Positions 47,554 through 58,298 are shown, counted from the first letter of the stretch. The stretch: DNA of 64,000 nt from Candidatus Heimdallarchaeota archaeon (GCA_020353515.1 CP070695.1:2162571-2226570); one strand, 5' to 3'. Made by a program: numbers and translations. The notes: generated by a model from the sequence alone, not told the origin.

Positions 47554-48948
47554 TTACTGTAAGATTGAAGCATTTAGTATGGCAATCTGCACATCCATGA
47601 CATTAGTTCCTGTAGGGCCACTCATTAAAACAGATCCACCTATTTCTTCAAAAAATTTACTCATATTATTTGTTTCTTGAAATTTCACTAAGTCTATTTC
47701 TTTTTGAAGAGTCGTTGAGATTGAAATATCATCAATCAACGCTCCTGCATAAGGTGAATTGCCATCTACTCCATCTGTTCCAGCGGAGAGAAATATTATA
47801 TCGGGAGGTGATGGTAAAGATAGAAATTCTTGTAATACTTCCCCAACAAGCTCTTGATTCCTTCCACCTATACCACTTCCGTGAACTTTCACAGTAGGTT
47901 CACCACCACTGATAATAAGAAGGGGTTCTTGTGTATCATTAGCTAGACCACAATATATTCTGGCTAGTAATCGGCCCAAGCATTTAGTATCTCCTTCAAC
48001 TTTATCTGTTAAAAATACCGCGTTAAATCCTAGCTGTCTTGCATCTGAAATTATAGCTTCACAGGCGATATTATTTGATCCAATAATATGCGTATGAACT
48101 CGTTGAAATATTGCATTGCCTTTTTTAGGCGTTTCAGGGATTAATTCCTCGTTTCCTTGCTCAATTACAAGTTTAACAGAGTCAGGAATGGTATTCAAAA
48201 GATTGTATTGGTTGAGGATGAACCTAGCATCCTTAAAAGTACTCGAATCAGGGTAAAAATATCCTGAAGCGATGCTTTCTATATTGTCTCCAATCACATC
48301 AGATAAAACTAAGACTATCATTTCAGCAGGAACAATTTCTGCAAACTTACCACCTTTTATAGTAGACATATGCTTCCTTACAACGTTCATTTCATGAATA
48401 TTCATTCCAGAATTTATTAATTCTTTATTAAGATTGATTAAATCTTCAATCGTTATCGGAGGCATCGGTGCAGCCCATATTGCGGAACCACCTCCACTAA
48501 TTAACGCAATTACAAGGTCCTCAGGCATAATATTCTTAATTAAGCCCAAAGTTTCTTTTGTGTTTGCACAATTTACTTCAGAAGGCAGTGGATGTGTAGA
48601 TTCAAGACAGATTAATTTATCTAATCTCAATTGTCTTTTCACTCCTTCAGGAACACAAACTACCCCTTGATATTCTAATTCAACCAGGACTTTTTCAAGA
48701 GCCTCAGCCATTCTACCAACTGCTTTACCTGCTCCAATGACCCATATTCTTCTCTTTTTAGTTGAAAAGACTTGATCTTTTATTATTAATTCCTTCTTTT
48801 CTGAATCAAAAGTTAAATTGTCCAGAATGATTTGAAAAGGATTGACAGCCTCAACAGCAGCATTAAAGAGTTTGAGAATGATTTCTCTAGATTTCTGTCT
48901 TGTAGATGAAGAAAAATGAATAATTTCATCATAATTCTGAATTATCAT
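47554..48948 (-). CDS. Glycerate 2-kinase (DUF4147/MOFRL family)
   Basis: GAGKA, HPLPS, LISGGGSA, IKGG, SDVIGD, GGEPTV, GGRNQE, GTDGVDG, GPTGTNVMD. Confidence 0.93.
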   Translation of the reverse strand: MIIQNYDEIIHFSSSTRQKSREIILKLFNAAVEAVNPFQIILDNLTFDSEKKELIIKDQVFSTKKRRIWVIGAGKAVGRMAEALEKVLVELEYQGVVCVPEGVKRQLRLDKLICLESTHPLPSEVNCANTKETLGLIKNIMPEDLVIALISGGGSAIWAAPMPPITIEDLINLNKELINSGMNIHEMNVVRKHMSTIKGGKFAEIVPAEMIVLVLSDVIGDNIESIASGYFYPDSSTFKDARFILNQYNLLNTIPDSVKLVIEQGNEELIPETPKKGNAIFQRVHTHIIGSNNIACEAIISDARQLGFNAVFLTDKVEGDTKCLGRLLARIYCGLANDTQEPLLIISGGEPTVKVHGSGIGGRNQELVGEVLQEFLSLPSPPDIIFLSAGTDGVDGNSPYAGALIDDISISTTLQKEIDLVKFQETNNMSKFFEEIGGSVLMSGPTGTNVMDVQIAILNASILQ

Positions 48949-48962
48949 TCATAATCACCATT

Positions 48963-50540
48963 CTACTGTCGTCCATACCCTCCTCCTCCTGGAGTATTGA
49001 TAACTAGTATTTCTCCCGCTTTAAAGTTGACTATAGCTCTCCCTGCAAGCTCAATTTCATCATTATTCGTTTTTCGTTTAATATTCAGTCCTTTTGCCCC
49101 ATCACCTCCTCCATGTAATCCATAAGGCGAGAGTTTTCTGCGTTCAGTCTGTAAAGAAACTACTGCATCTGTTAGACATTCTATCTCACGGATTAAGCCA
49201 TGTCCACCTTCAATCTTTCCCTTTCCTCCTGAAGGAATACGGAACTCATAACGATTTACCCTTAAGGGATAAGCCAGTTCTAAAGCTTCAATAGGAGTAT
49301 TTAGCGTATTTGTCATATGTGAATGAACCCCTGATATGCCACGGTAGTTCATACTACTCCCAACACCGCCACCTATCGTTTCATAATATGTGAAAGGATT
49401 TCCGTTTTGATCAATACCCCCAATCGTAACATTATTCATGGTTCCTTGAGATGCAGCAGGTATTTCTTCTAATGCCTGAGCTAAAGCTCCTAGTAAAACA
49501 TCTACAATACGTTGAGAAGTCTCAACATTGCCAGAGGATACAGCTGCTGGAGATCGAGGATCAAGAAGACTTCCCTCAGGAATTTCTATCTCAATATTAC
49601 GGAATAATCCGGCATTAGTCATTATCGTTGGATCTGTTAAAGCTCTAAAAACATAATAAACACAAGAGAAGACAACACTTCTAGGAGCGTTTACGTTTCC
49701 AGTCTGTTGGGAATCAGTACCTACGAACGAAACGTTTATTTTCTCATCTGTTTTGGTGATAGTAACTTCAATTTTAACTAAATCATCAGTTACCCCATTA
49801 GAATCAAGGTAATCTTCATATTGAAATTTTCCATTAGGAAAACTAGTAATCTGTCTTTTAAATGCCTTTTCTGAAATATCCATTAAGTGCTTGCAGGCAT
49901 CAAAAACAAAATCTTGTCCATATTTATTTGTCAGTTCCACAAGACGTTCTTCTCCTCTTAAGAGAGATGCCCGTTGAGCTCGAAAATCTCCTAATCTTTC
50001 CTCTCGAATGCGTACGTTAGATAATATGAGCTCCATAATATCTTTCACTTCCTTCCCACGATTGTACAGCTTGACAGGAGGTATTATCAATCCCTCTTCA
50101 AACAGTTCTGACGATATTCCAGGCATTGATCCTGGTGTAGAGCCTCCAATGTCCGCATGATGAGCTCTATTATTCACAAAAAAACTAAGACTATTATCAA
50201 AGTAAACAGGCATTAAAAATGTAACATCTGGGAGATGAGTACCTCCTGTGAACGGAGAGTTAAGAATAATAATATCACCAGGATTTATCGCATCAACTGG
50301 GAATTCTTGTAAAATTGCAGTTATAGAGGAAAACATAGCACCAAGATGAACAGGTATATGTTCTGCTTGAGCTAATAGCTCGGCGTTTCGGTCAAAAATC
50401 GCGCATGAGAAGTCTAATCTTTCCTTACAATTCGGACTAAAAGACGCTCGGTGTAGAATTATGCCCATTTCTTCTGCAATGTTCTCTAATGCCTTCTGGA
50501 TTGTACTCAAGGTGATAACGTCAATTTCCATTTTTTTCAC
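48963..50540 (-). CDS. Hydantoinase B / 5-oxoprolinase subunit
   Basis: ERLDFSCA, HIPVHLG, GGTHLPD, HHADIGG, QGTMNN, YYETIGGG, TPGGGGYG. Confidence 0.93.
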   Translation of the reverse strand: MKKMEIDVITLSTIQKALENIAEEMGIILHRASFSPNCKERLDFSCAIFDRNAELLAQAEHIPVHLGAMFSSITAILQEFPVDAINPGDIIILNSPFTGGTHLPDVTFLMPVYFDNSLSFFVNNRAHHADIGGSTPGSMPGISSELFEEGLIIPPVKLYNRGKEVKDIMELILSNVRIREERLGDFRAQRASLLRGEERLVELTNKYGQDFVFDACKHLMDISEKAFKRQITSFPNGKFQYEDYLDSNGVTDDLVKIEVTITKTDEKINVSFVGTDSQQTGNVNAPRSVVFSCVYYVFRALTDPTIMTNAGLFRNIEIEIPEGSLLDPRSPAAVSSGNVETSQRIVDVLLGALAQALEEIPAASQGTMNNVTIGGIDQNGNPFTYYETIGGGVGSSMNYRGISGVHSHMTNTLNTPIEALELAYPLRVNRYEFRIPSGGKGKIEGGHGLIREIECLTDAVVSLQTERRKLSPYGLHGGGDGAKGLNIKRKTNNDEIELAGRAIVNFKAGEILVINTPGGGGYGRQ

Positions 50541-52558
50541 CCAGAATACAATCGCTTTAACAACAAATGACTATCATTTTTCACCTCTGCAACCCATCCT
50601 ATATCAACCAGTGTTGTAGAATCATTTTGTTCTATTATACTAGGGCCTTCAATGATATTATTAGCCTTTAATTTGGATTTTTGATAAATATTAGCTTCTA
50701 TCCATTCATTTCTTAAGAAAACTTTACGAGTTCCAGTTTGAGCTTCTTTAGGATCAGTACTTCCCTTTGGTAAGGTAGACAGACTGAATTTTGGTAACGG
50801 AACCATTGCTGCAACACGGAGATTCACTACCTCACGAGGAGCATCAGGAGAAGCATAACCATACGCTTGCTTATGAGCTTCATCAAAAGCATGAGAAACT
50901 GCTTCTATTCTACCATAAAAGGGCACATTCAGCTCATATGACTGGCCTACCAATCGAAGATCTAGATTACGAGCGATCAGGATCTCTTTTTCTAAAAAAC
51001 CATCTTCAACGCATAATTGAACTCCTTGTTCTACAAGAGACTGGAAAGCTGATTCAAGCTGGTCATTAGTCATTTCTTTCAAAGGTTTTAATATAGACAT
51101 GGATAAATCATGACGAATATCAGCAGCTAAAAGGCCATAGGCAGACCAAACACCTGGGTATGGTGGAATGATAACTTTCTCTATACACAATCGCTCAGCC
51201 AGGGAACATCCATGTAAAGGGCCTGCTCCACCAAATGAGATTAGGTGAAAATCTCTACTATCATATCCTCGTTCAGTAGATACTTTTCGAAGAGCTAATG
51301 CAATATTATTCTCAAAAATTTCAATAATACCTGCTGCGCATTCTTCTACAGATGAAAAGTTTAATTTATAAGCGAGAGATGAGATTACTTCTTCTGCAAA
51401 TTCAGAATATATTTTAATAGTACCACCACAGAAAAAATCAGGATTTAATAACCCTCTGACCAAATTCGCATCTGTAACGGTGGGATTTTGTCCTCCACAA
51501 TCATAACAAGCTGGTCCAGGGTCAGCCCCAGCACTTTCTGGCCCTACTAAAAGGATCCCATGTTCATATCTTGCGATGGATCCTCCTCCTGCACCAATTG
51601 TCTGGACAGCAATGCTAGGTAAGTGAATAGGATGCCCTGCAATCTCATTTACGGTTGAAATATCTATTTTGCCATTTACAATACTAGCAACATCAGTAGA
51701 TGTCCCTCCAATATCTAAAGTAAGGGCATTATTAATTTGAAGTTCATTACAAGAGTAATAACCTCCGAGTACTCCCCCGGCCAAACCTGAAAAAATTGTT
51801 TCAACAGAACGTTCAGCTGCATTCTTAATTTGAGTAACTCCTCCTGTGGAGAGAAGAATAAGAGGTGGAACATTGATCTCGTGTTCCTTCAATCTTAACA
51901 TAAATGAGGTAAAATAATTTCTACATAAAGGAGCAATATACGCATCTAACAAAGTAGTACTCGTTCTATCATATTCGCGGAATTGCGGAAGAATTTGACT
52001 TGAACATGATACATGTATAGAAGGAAATCGTTTTTTAATCTCGTTTGTTATCTTTATTTCATGTTGAGGATTAAAGAACGAAAATAGTAAAGAAATAGCC
52101 ACGGATTCGACATCTACTCGCTTTATTTTTTCAAAAGTCGCCTCCAAATCAGCCACATTCAACGGAACAAGTATTTCACCAGAAGAACTAATCCTTTCTT
52201 TAACACCAAATCGTAATTGAGAAGGGACAAGTGGAGCAATTCTTTTAGGGTATAGAGAATATAAATTCATCCTATTTTGACGTCCAATTTCTATAATATC
52301 AGAAAATCCTTCAGTAGTGATTAGAGCTGTTTTTGCACCTTTATGTTCCAAAATTGCATTTGTAGCAACTGTTGTGCCATGCACAACGACATCTAAATCG
52401 TTTAAAGTGGTTTCCAGCTTATTTAATCCATTTTTCACTCCAATAGATTGATCTTTAGGTGTACTAGAGACCTTCTCAAGTAGAACAGAATTACTCTCCG
52501 AATCTACGATAATTAAATCTGTAAAAGTACCACCTATATCAATACCAAGACATTTCAT
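50537..52558 (-). CDS. Hydantoinase A / 5-oxoprolinase ATP-binding subunit
   Basis: GIDIGGTFTD, HGTTVATNA, DIGGTSTD, GAGGGSIA, SAGADPGPACY; 4-nt overlap with the B subunit. Confidence 0.94.
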   Translation of the reverse strand: MKCLGIDIGGTFTDLIIVDSESNSVLLEKVSSTPKDQSIGVKNGLNKLETTLNDLDVVVHGTTVATNAILEHKGAKTALITTEGFSDIIEIGRQNRMNLYSLYPKRIAPLVPSQLRFGVKERISSSGEILVPLNVADLEATFEKIKRVDVESVAISLLFSFFNPQHEIKITNEIKKRFPSIHVSCSSQILPQFREYDRTSTTLLDAYIAPLCRNYFTSFMLRLKEHEINVPPLILLSTGGVTQIKNAAERSVETIFSGLAGGVLGGYYSCNELQINNALTLDIGGTSTDVASIVNGKIDISTVNEIAGHPIHLPSIAVQTIGAGGGSIARYEHGILLVGPESAGADPGPACYDCGGQNPTVTDANLVRGLLNPDFFCGGTIKIYSEFAEEVISSLAYKLNFSSVEECAAGIIEIFENNIALALRKVSTERGYDSRDFHLISFGGAGPLHGCSLAERLCIEKVIIPPYPGVWSAYGLLAADIRHDLSMSILKPLKEMTNDQLESAFQSLVEQGVQLCVEDGFLEKEILIARNLDLRLVGQSYELNVPFYGRIEAVSHAFDEAHKQAYGYASPDAPREVVNLRVAAMVPLPKFSLSTLPKGSTDPKEAQTGTRKVFLRNEWIEANIYQKSKLKANNIIEGPSIIEQNDSTTLVDIGWVAEVKNDSHLLLKRLYSG

Positions 52559-52740
52559 TTGTAATTACCTAAATAACTGACAAAAAGAAGCTTAGTTTTC
52601 CTGAATAAAACCTTAAAATTTACATTATTATGATTCTTTGTATTTCAACAAATTTCATAAAAGTCTACTGTGGGACTGAAAACAAAAAACAATTGACGGG
52701 TCAGCTCTTTTTTTTATTTAAGTATATCCCTATTTGAGGC

Positions 52741-53364
52741 TTGAATGTGGAAAAAATCAGAGTATTATGTATTGGTAATTCACATACGGCAGGATTTCCA
52801 TTATTTGACCCATTATACGGAGGAGATTCCCAAAGTTCTTATGAATATTGGTTAAATATTCTCCTTTCAAATCACTTCTCGGACATTTCATTTGAGATTC
52901 ATAACGAGGGGATATGTGGCCAAGTTTCAAGTGAAGTCGTACGACGTCTTAATTTTACTCTATCTAAATTTAGTTACGATCTAGTAATTTTGTGGGCAGG
53001 AGCTAATGACATTGCAATTGGATACCCAGTTAATAGAATTTGGAAGAATTTAAGGCAGGGATACAAATATTCAAAGAAAAAATCAAGAGGAACTATGCTT
53101 GTTACAATTCCTCCGATGAATTGGCCAGGAATTAATACAAAAATCCTCAAATTAAATGAAAAAATAAGGAACAATAGCAATTCAGATAGCTACTTATATG
53201 CTGATGCATATACAGCTTTAGTTCTAGAAAAAGAAGACATCCTGAACCCAATATTTGATGCTGGAGATGGAGTTCACCTCTCAATTGATGGTTATGAACA
53301 CATAAGCAAAGAAATTTTCAATAAAGCCGTTCCTATCATTCAAACAATTCTAACAAAAAGATGA
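52741..53364 (+). CDS. SGNH/GDSL hydrolase
   Basis: IGNSHTAG, NEGICG, AGAND, DGVHLS. Confidence 0.88.
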   Translation: MNVEKIRVLCIGNSHTAGFPLFDPLYGGDSQSSYEYWLNILLSNHFSDISFEIHNEGICGQVSSEVVRRLNFTLSKFSYDLVILWAGANDIAIGYPVNRIWKNLRQGYKYSKKKSRGTMLVTIPPMNWPGINTKILKLNEKIRNNSNSDSYLYADAYTALVLEKEDILNPIFDAGDGVHLSIDGYEHISKEIFNKAVPIIQTILTKR

Positions 53365-53404
53365 TTAAAACTTTGGACTTTAAAACCTTGATGTTAGAAA
53401 ATCT

Positions 53405-54031
53405 TTGAAGTATATGATATTATCATTAGAACGGATTTCTCGTCTAAAACGGTATGTAAATAAGAAAAGTCTTACAAATCCCCCTTCAGATTGGATACAT
53501 CACCTAATTTCTCTCTATATTATTCGAAAGGGTGATGGAATTTGTTTATTTTCTCATCACTTCCAGTTAGGAATGATTTCACAAATCGAAAACCAATTAG
53601 TGGGTATGGGATTCACAGCAATCTCTCAAATGCTACAGGAAATTGTGGATTCGGCATCAAGTTTAGTAATGATGGATCTTGGCCCGAAAAAGGTTTTAAT
53701 TGAAGAAAAAGAAGGTTTCTTAACTATTTTGATCACTACGACCAATTCAGTAGTGTTACGGGAAAAAATTGAGGCGTTAGCAGATCTTTTTGAGAAGATG
53801 TTTGAACTTCAACAACGAATAAGCCAAGAAACACAGGTCTGCGTTGAGGATTATGCCTTAACTTCAGAATTAGTATCTTTAATTTTTAACGACAAACCAT
53901 CACGGGTTTTAGAGATCATCCCCGTAATTTTTAAATCTATTCGAAAGAATAGATCATTATCACCAAAAGAAAAGAAGATTCATTCATTGTTTTTGACATC
54001 AACTAGCCATCAGAAAATGAAGTCTTTATAG
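53405..54031 (+). CDS. Longin-like domain protein
   Basis: LYIIRKGDGICLFSHHF...QLVGMGFTAISQMLQEI, then beta strands and the helix LREKIEALADLFEKMF. Confidence 0.65.
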   Translation: MKYMILSLERISRLKRYVNKKSLTNPPSDWIHHLISLYIIRKGDGICLFSHHFQLGMISQIENQLVGMGFTAISQMLQEIVDSASSLVMMDLGPKKVLIEEKEGFLTILITTTNSVVLREKIEALADLFEKMFELQQRISQETQVCVEDYALTSELVSLIFNDKPSRVLEIIPVIFKSIRKNRSLSPKEKKIHSLFLTSTSHQKMKSL

Positions 54032-54040
54032 GGATCGGAG

Positions 54041-54841
54041 TCAAAGTTTTTGGATTTTTCCTGGAGAAGGTTCAAAATATACCCCATCTAACAAACCTTT
54101 TTCAATAGCCTTTTTCACTATGTTAAAAGGAACTTCATTCTCCCTAGCAATTTTCCTTAGGGTCTCCAGTTCAATAGGTTCTTCAGATATGAAAGAAAGA
54201 ATTTCCGCGGCAGTTTCATCAGCCGATAATAACTCTTGAAAATCTCTTTTTAAATTATCTGCTTCTTTTTGCTGAATACTTTTTCGTTTTAATGAGGTTT
54301 GGATTAAATCATGAAATACCCGTTTAAATTCTGATGCTGATTCTAGATAACATTCGACATGATAGTATTTGTGAGAAAAAAACTTTCTCCCATCATCCAA
54401 TTCAACTCGACTAGGTTCAGCTACACGAAAAATCCCTTTATCTATCTTCTTCTCACAAATTCTACAAGATCCACGAGAACTTTTTGAGGATTCAAGAAAG
54501 GGTATTTGTAACAATGCACTACGAGACTGAGGACTTTCAACATCCTCTTCTAGACGTTTTTTTAAAAATTCTGTAATTCTATCTTTACTAGCTGAATCTA
54601 TTGAGGATGATGATTCCAAAATGCTAAAAATTGTATCTATCTTATCCTGAGGGGAACACTCGGGATGGTAATATCCATAAGAAGTAATTGTTTCTCCATC
54701 GGGTCTTGTAAATTGATAGGGAATTCCGATTCTATATTCTCCTTTTAAAATTTTCCCGCGACAACTCCGACAGGATGCCCTTCCGCTTTTTGCAGGTTCG
54801 ATTATTGGAATTTCAGGTTTTTTGGAAGACACATATCTCAC
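54041..54841 (-). CDS. Tandem PARP-type zinc finger protein with C-terminal winged helix
   Basis: EPAKSGRASCRSC..KI.KG..R...YYHPEC and ESSKSSRGSCRIC..KI.KG..R...YYHVEC; C-terminal KAIEKGLLDGVYFEPSPG. Confidence 0.85.
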   Translation of the reverse strand: MRYVSSKKPEIPIIEPAKSGRASCRSCRGKILKGEYRIGIPYQFTRPDGETITSYGYYHPECSPQDKIDTIFSILESSSSIDSASKDRITEFLKKRLEEDVESPQSRSALLQIPFLESSKSSRGSCRICEKKIDKGIFRVAEPSRVELDDGRKFFSHKYYHVECYLESASEFKRVFHDLIQTSLKRKSIQQKEADNLKRDFQELLSADETAAEILSFISEEPIELETLRKIARENEVPFNIVKKAIEKGLLDGVYFEPSPGKIQKL

Positions 54842-54957
54842 TTTCAGATTATATCATAAGTAAGATTATTAATATTTACTCTAAAAATACTCCCTTCAGA
54901 TAGGTCAATAAGTAAGATATTCTTGTAAGAAAATTATCACAAGGAATTTCGATTCAA

Positions 54958-56085
54958 ATGAAAAATAGGATGTTTTTTCTATTAATACTTGTTATTATTC
55001 TTATTCCCTCATTATTTACTATTTCAATTGGTAGAAATTATCGAAAAAAGCAAATCTTATCGCTTTCGAGCAAATGGCACTTCATTGCTTTGGGTGATAG
55101 TCGACAACAATTTGGAACATGGGATGATGATAATAATAAATACACTCATGATAATACTAATAATCCTACTAGAGCAGCACTATTTACTTCAATAGCAGAA
55201 AACAACCCAGAAATAGAATTTATTTTACACACTGGCGACATGGTAATGTCAGGTGGAGAACAAGATGATTGGAACCGTTATTTTGAAGATATTGAAAATA
55301 TGACAAAAGAAAATATTACTATCTACTATGCAGTAGGTAACCATGAAAAATATACCTATGCATTAGGAGATAGTCAATGGGGGCCCAGTGACGAAGACTT
55401 CTCTACATATTTAGCGAACGTTGAATTACCTGGCAATGAACGTTATTATAGTTTTGATTTCATGAATCAAATTCATTTTGTTTTTATCAATACTGAAGAG
55501 GATTGGTCTGATGGCTTTTCTATTACTACTGATCAGAATAACTGGTTAATTAATGATTTTGAGACAAATACGCTTGATTTCATTATTGCTGTATTTCACC
55601 GGCCCTGTTACTCAATTCGTGACTCTGGTAGAGTTCATGCTGCTCAACAAGTCCGCAATGTTCTGGAACCACTCTTTTTGCAATATGGTGTCGATTTGGT
55701 CTTTTCTGGTCATGATCATTACTATTATCGTGCAGTACGAAAAGGAGTAACCTATATTACAACTGGTGGAGCTGGAGCGGATCTATATACTAATAAAGAC
55801 ACTTCAGAGTGGCAAGACGGTGATGTATACTTCTCAGAATATCATTATTGCAATATTACTGTAACTCAATCTAATGAGAATATTGTAACCAAGGTAGATG
55901 TGTTAATTCTCGACGAAGGTGAAGGAACTACTACTTTGGGCGATTCATTTGAAGTGACAGATCATTTGAAAGAAACAACCTCAAGTTCCCTCTCTGATAC
56001 AGAGAAGACAATACCATCAACCGATTTCTCGTTTCTTCTCACAATAATTGGTGTTATTTGTATCATGAAAAAGAGGAAAAAATAA
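54958..56085 (+). CDS. Secreted metallophosphoesterase (purple acid phosphatase-like) with C-terminal anchor
   Basis: LGDSR, HTGDMV, VGNHE, FHRP, SGHDHYY, TGGAGA; signal peptide; S/T linker + TM + KKRKK. Confidence 0.9.
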   Translation: MKNRMFFLLILVIILIPSLFTISIGRNYRKKQILSLSSKWHFIALGDSRQQFGTWDDDNNKYTHDNTNNPTRAALFTSIAENNPEIEFILHTGDMVMSGGEQDDWNRYFEDIENMTKENITIYYAVGNHEKYTYALGDSQWGPSDEDFSTYLANVELPGNERYYSFDFMNQIHFVFINTEEDWSDGFSITTDQNNWLINDFETNTLDFIIAVFHRPCYSIRDSGRVHAAQQVRNVLEPLFLQYGVDLVFSGHDHYYYRAVRKGVTYITTGGAGADLYTNKDTSEWQDGDVYFSEYHYCNITVTQSNENIVTKVDVLILDEGEGTTTLGDSFEVTDHLKETTSSSLSDTEKTIPSTDFSFLLTIIGVICIMKKRKK

Positions 56086-56099
56086 GGTTTTTCAAAACA

Positions 56100-57062
56100 T
56101 CATGAAAGAATTATAAATCGACTGCTTTTGATGTTCTCGCTTGTTGTGAAAGAGGATTCAGAGTGAGTTTTTGCGGCTGTAATAAACTTCTCAAGATTAT
56201 TTGAAATAAAAGTAATCATCTCTTCTTTTAAAATGTCAAATTTTCCATAAATTTCTGGAATTATGTATGTAAAGAAAACAAAAATTCTATCGTAGCATTT
56301 AAAGTGCCAAATAACGGAATTTTGAAGGCGTTTAGCTCCTATCAGAGATAAACTATCTCGATATTTGTTTAGAAGATACTCTTGCTTAATATATCTGGAA
56401 ATAGATTCTAATAAAGGATCTGATATATCATCATGGGTATGACTCTTAGCTGTAGAGAACAAATAATCTCCATTTTCATCATAAACTAAAATGAAGGAAA
56501 CAAATTCTGCTAAATCAGATTTGATTTTACTTAAAACTTTCCAGTAAATTGCTGCGTCTTCTCCTAGCGGGCCTTCAATTGCTTTTTCAAAATTCTCATC
56601 CAATCCTGCAAATTCAGGATTCTCTAGGTTTGTTTGTAGTGGAGTATAATGACTAAGCAAATTACTTGGTAATTGTTGAAATTCATTTGATGTTGCTAGT
56701 GAAAATAATGAAATTCCATTCGGGGCTTTTGCATAATCGATATACAGTGGTTTATTTTGGTCCACAGTCACACCTAACAGTATTGGTCTCACAATGTCTT
56801 TTAACTGCATTATGGCTTCTAATAATCCCGACATCAACAAAATTTTCTCGTTTTTTGGACTTATTTCTGGAATATGACGGTTATCTATGACTCCTGATTG
56901 ACTAACACTAATTGATCGTGTATATACAGGAAGACCACCCTCATCCGCTAGAATCACTAATAAATTACTCCCCTTTAAGGAGGATTGACTGATAAGCGGC
57001 TGATTTTCGTTAGCAAGCTGATTGTAGGATACTTTTATCTTGTTATCCTTTTTCAAATACAA
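56100..57062 (-). CDS. Tandem longin-like domain protein
   Basis: LVILADEGGLPVYTRS...LMSGLLEAIMQL; second unit FILVYDENGDYLFS...LLESISRYI. Confidence 0.55.
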   Translation of the reverse strand: MYLKKDNKIKVSYNQLANENQPLISQSSLKGSNLLVILADEGGLPVYTRSISVSQSGVIDNRHIPEISPKNEKILLMSGLLEAIMQLKDIVRPILLGVTVDQNKPLYIDYAKAPNGISLFSLATSNEFQQLPSNLLSHYTPLQTNLENPEFAGLDENFEKAIEGPLGEDAAIYWKVLSKIKSDLAEFVSFILVYDENGDYLFSTAKSHTHDDISDPLLESISRYIKQEYLLNKYRDSLSLIGAKRLQNSVIWHFKCYDRIFVFFTYIIPEIYGKFDILKEEMITFISNNLEKFITAAKTHSESSFTTSENIKSSRFIILS

Positions 57063-57182
57063 TTCACACCTGATGAAATTAAACTGACAATAAACTTCCT
57101 CCTAAAGTACTTATTAAGGTGAACTAGAGAATATATTCGTAAATGATATTCGTTATTCTGATAATTGAGATGTAAAAGGTTC

Positions 57183-58190
57183 TTAAAAGAATCCTGTTGT
57201 TAAAAGTTCCTCCCAAGTTACTTTCTCGAATAGATACAGAAATTCTTTAAATGTTACAATCGGTTTTGATGAATAAATGTGATCATCAATGGCTAGTCGT
57301 GGACAAGCCGAGTCTACCCAAGCATCAACCCAAGTAAAGTTTTCAAGATTCTCCAAATTAATATTTTCAGCAATTAATAGTATCTTAGATTTGTTATGGT
57401 CCTGAAGTATCTTCTCAATCCTTGAGACAGTGTAAGGATGGTGTTGGCCTAATTTTGAGCTTCCTATTATTCCCCAAACGTTCGCTGTTCGAGCCTGGGT
57501 AATTATATGATTTCTTTTTCGAATCAACTTCTCTCGTTCTATTGCAGAGAATTGTTTTATTTCTCCTGTAAATGGATCGAGTTGCAGGATGGGTATTGGT
57601 GTACTCAGAAGCAATCCATATGTATGAAAGTAACCTGCATGAAGACTTATAATTCCATCTACTTGGTTAGGAAATCCTCTAATAGTATTGATATTGCATC
57701 CTAGTATCTGGCCTTCTTTTTGAACGAAACAATTAATCCCAATACTATCTAGATGAGTTTTTAACTCCTTTAAATTCCTCAAATGCTGAATAGTGGCAAC
57801 TAAACCAACCTTATTCCAACCTAGCTCTGCCAGCTTTTCAGATAGCAGGAGGAAATAAGATGAAATTTCGAAATTAACATAAGATGGGATTAGTAAGATA
57901 TCTAGAGACTTGCTATGAATTCTCTGATGAAATCCGAACTCATTATGTCCAAAATGGATAAGTAAATCACATTCAAACTGAATGGCCTTATTGATTGCCA
58001 GATCACAAACTCCGTAACTGGGATCACCCTCAACAATGATTTGAGACCCTAGGGGGGTTAAAATCTCAACTACTTCTTGGAGAGGAGTATCAAGCATTCC
58101 TTGAGGCATTTGAAGAAGGATTCTTTTATACTGCTTCTTTAAAATCATCTCTTTGATTTTATCTATTTCAAGCTCGTAATAACTACTCAT
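57183..58190 (-). CDS. dph2: Diphthamide biosynthesis radical-SAM enzyme Dph2
   Basis: LQMPQG, YGVCD, HFGH, GQILGC, ACPRLAIDD (three Fe-S cysteines). Confidence 0.93.
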   Translation of the reverse strand: MSSYYELEIDKIKEMILKKQYKRILLQMPQGMLDTPLQEVVEILTPLGSQIIVEGDPSYGVCDLAINKAIQFECDLLIHFGHNEFGFHQRIHSKSLDILLIPSYVNFEISSYFLLLSEKLAELGWNKVGLVATIQHLRNLKELKTHLDSIGINCFVQKEGQILGCNINTIRGFPNQVDGIISLHAGYFHTYGLLLSTPIPILQLDPFTGEIKQFSAIEREKLIRKRNHIITQARTANVWGIIGSSKLGQHHPYTVSRIEKILQDHNKSKILLIAENINLENLENFTWVDAWVDSACPRLAIDDHIYSSKPIVTFKEFLYLFEKVTWEELLTTGFF

Positions 58191-58298
58191 TATGTCTCAG
58201 CTATTTAATATAAGGATGTTTTCTACTCTTTAATAACTGAAATAAATAATTTCAGCTTTCTCTCTCGAACAAGCAAAAGAATTTAATACTTCAAATCT

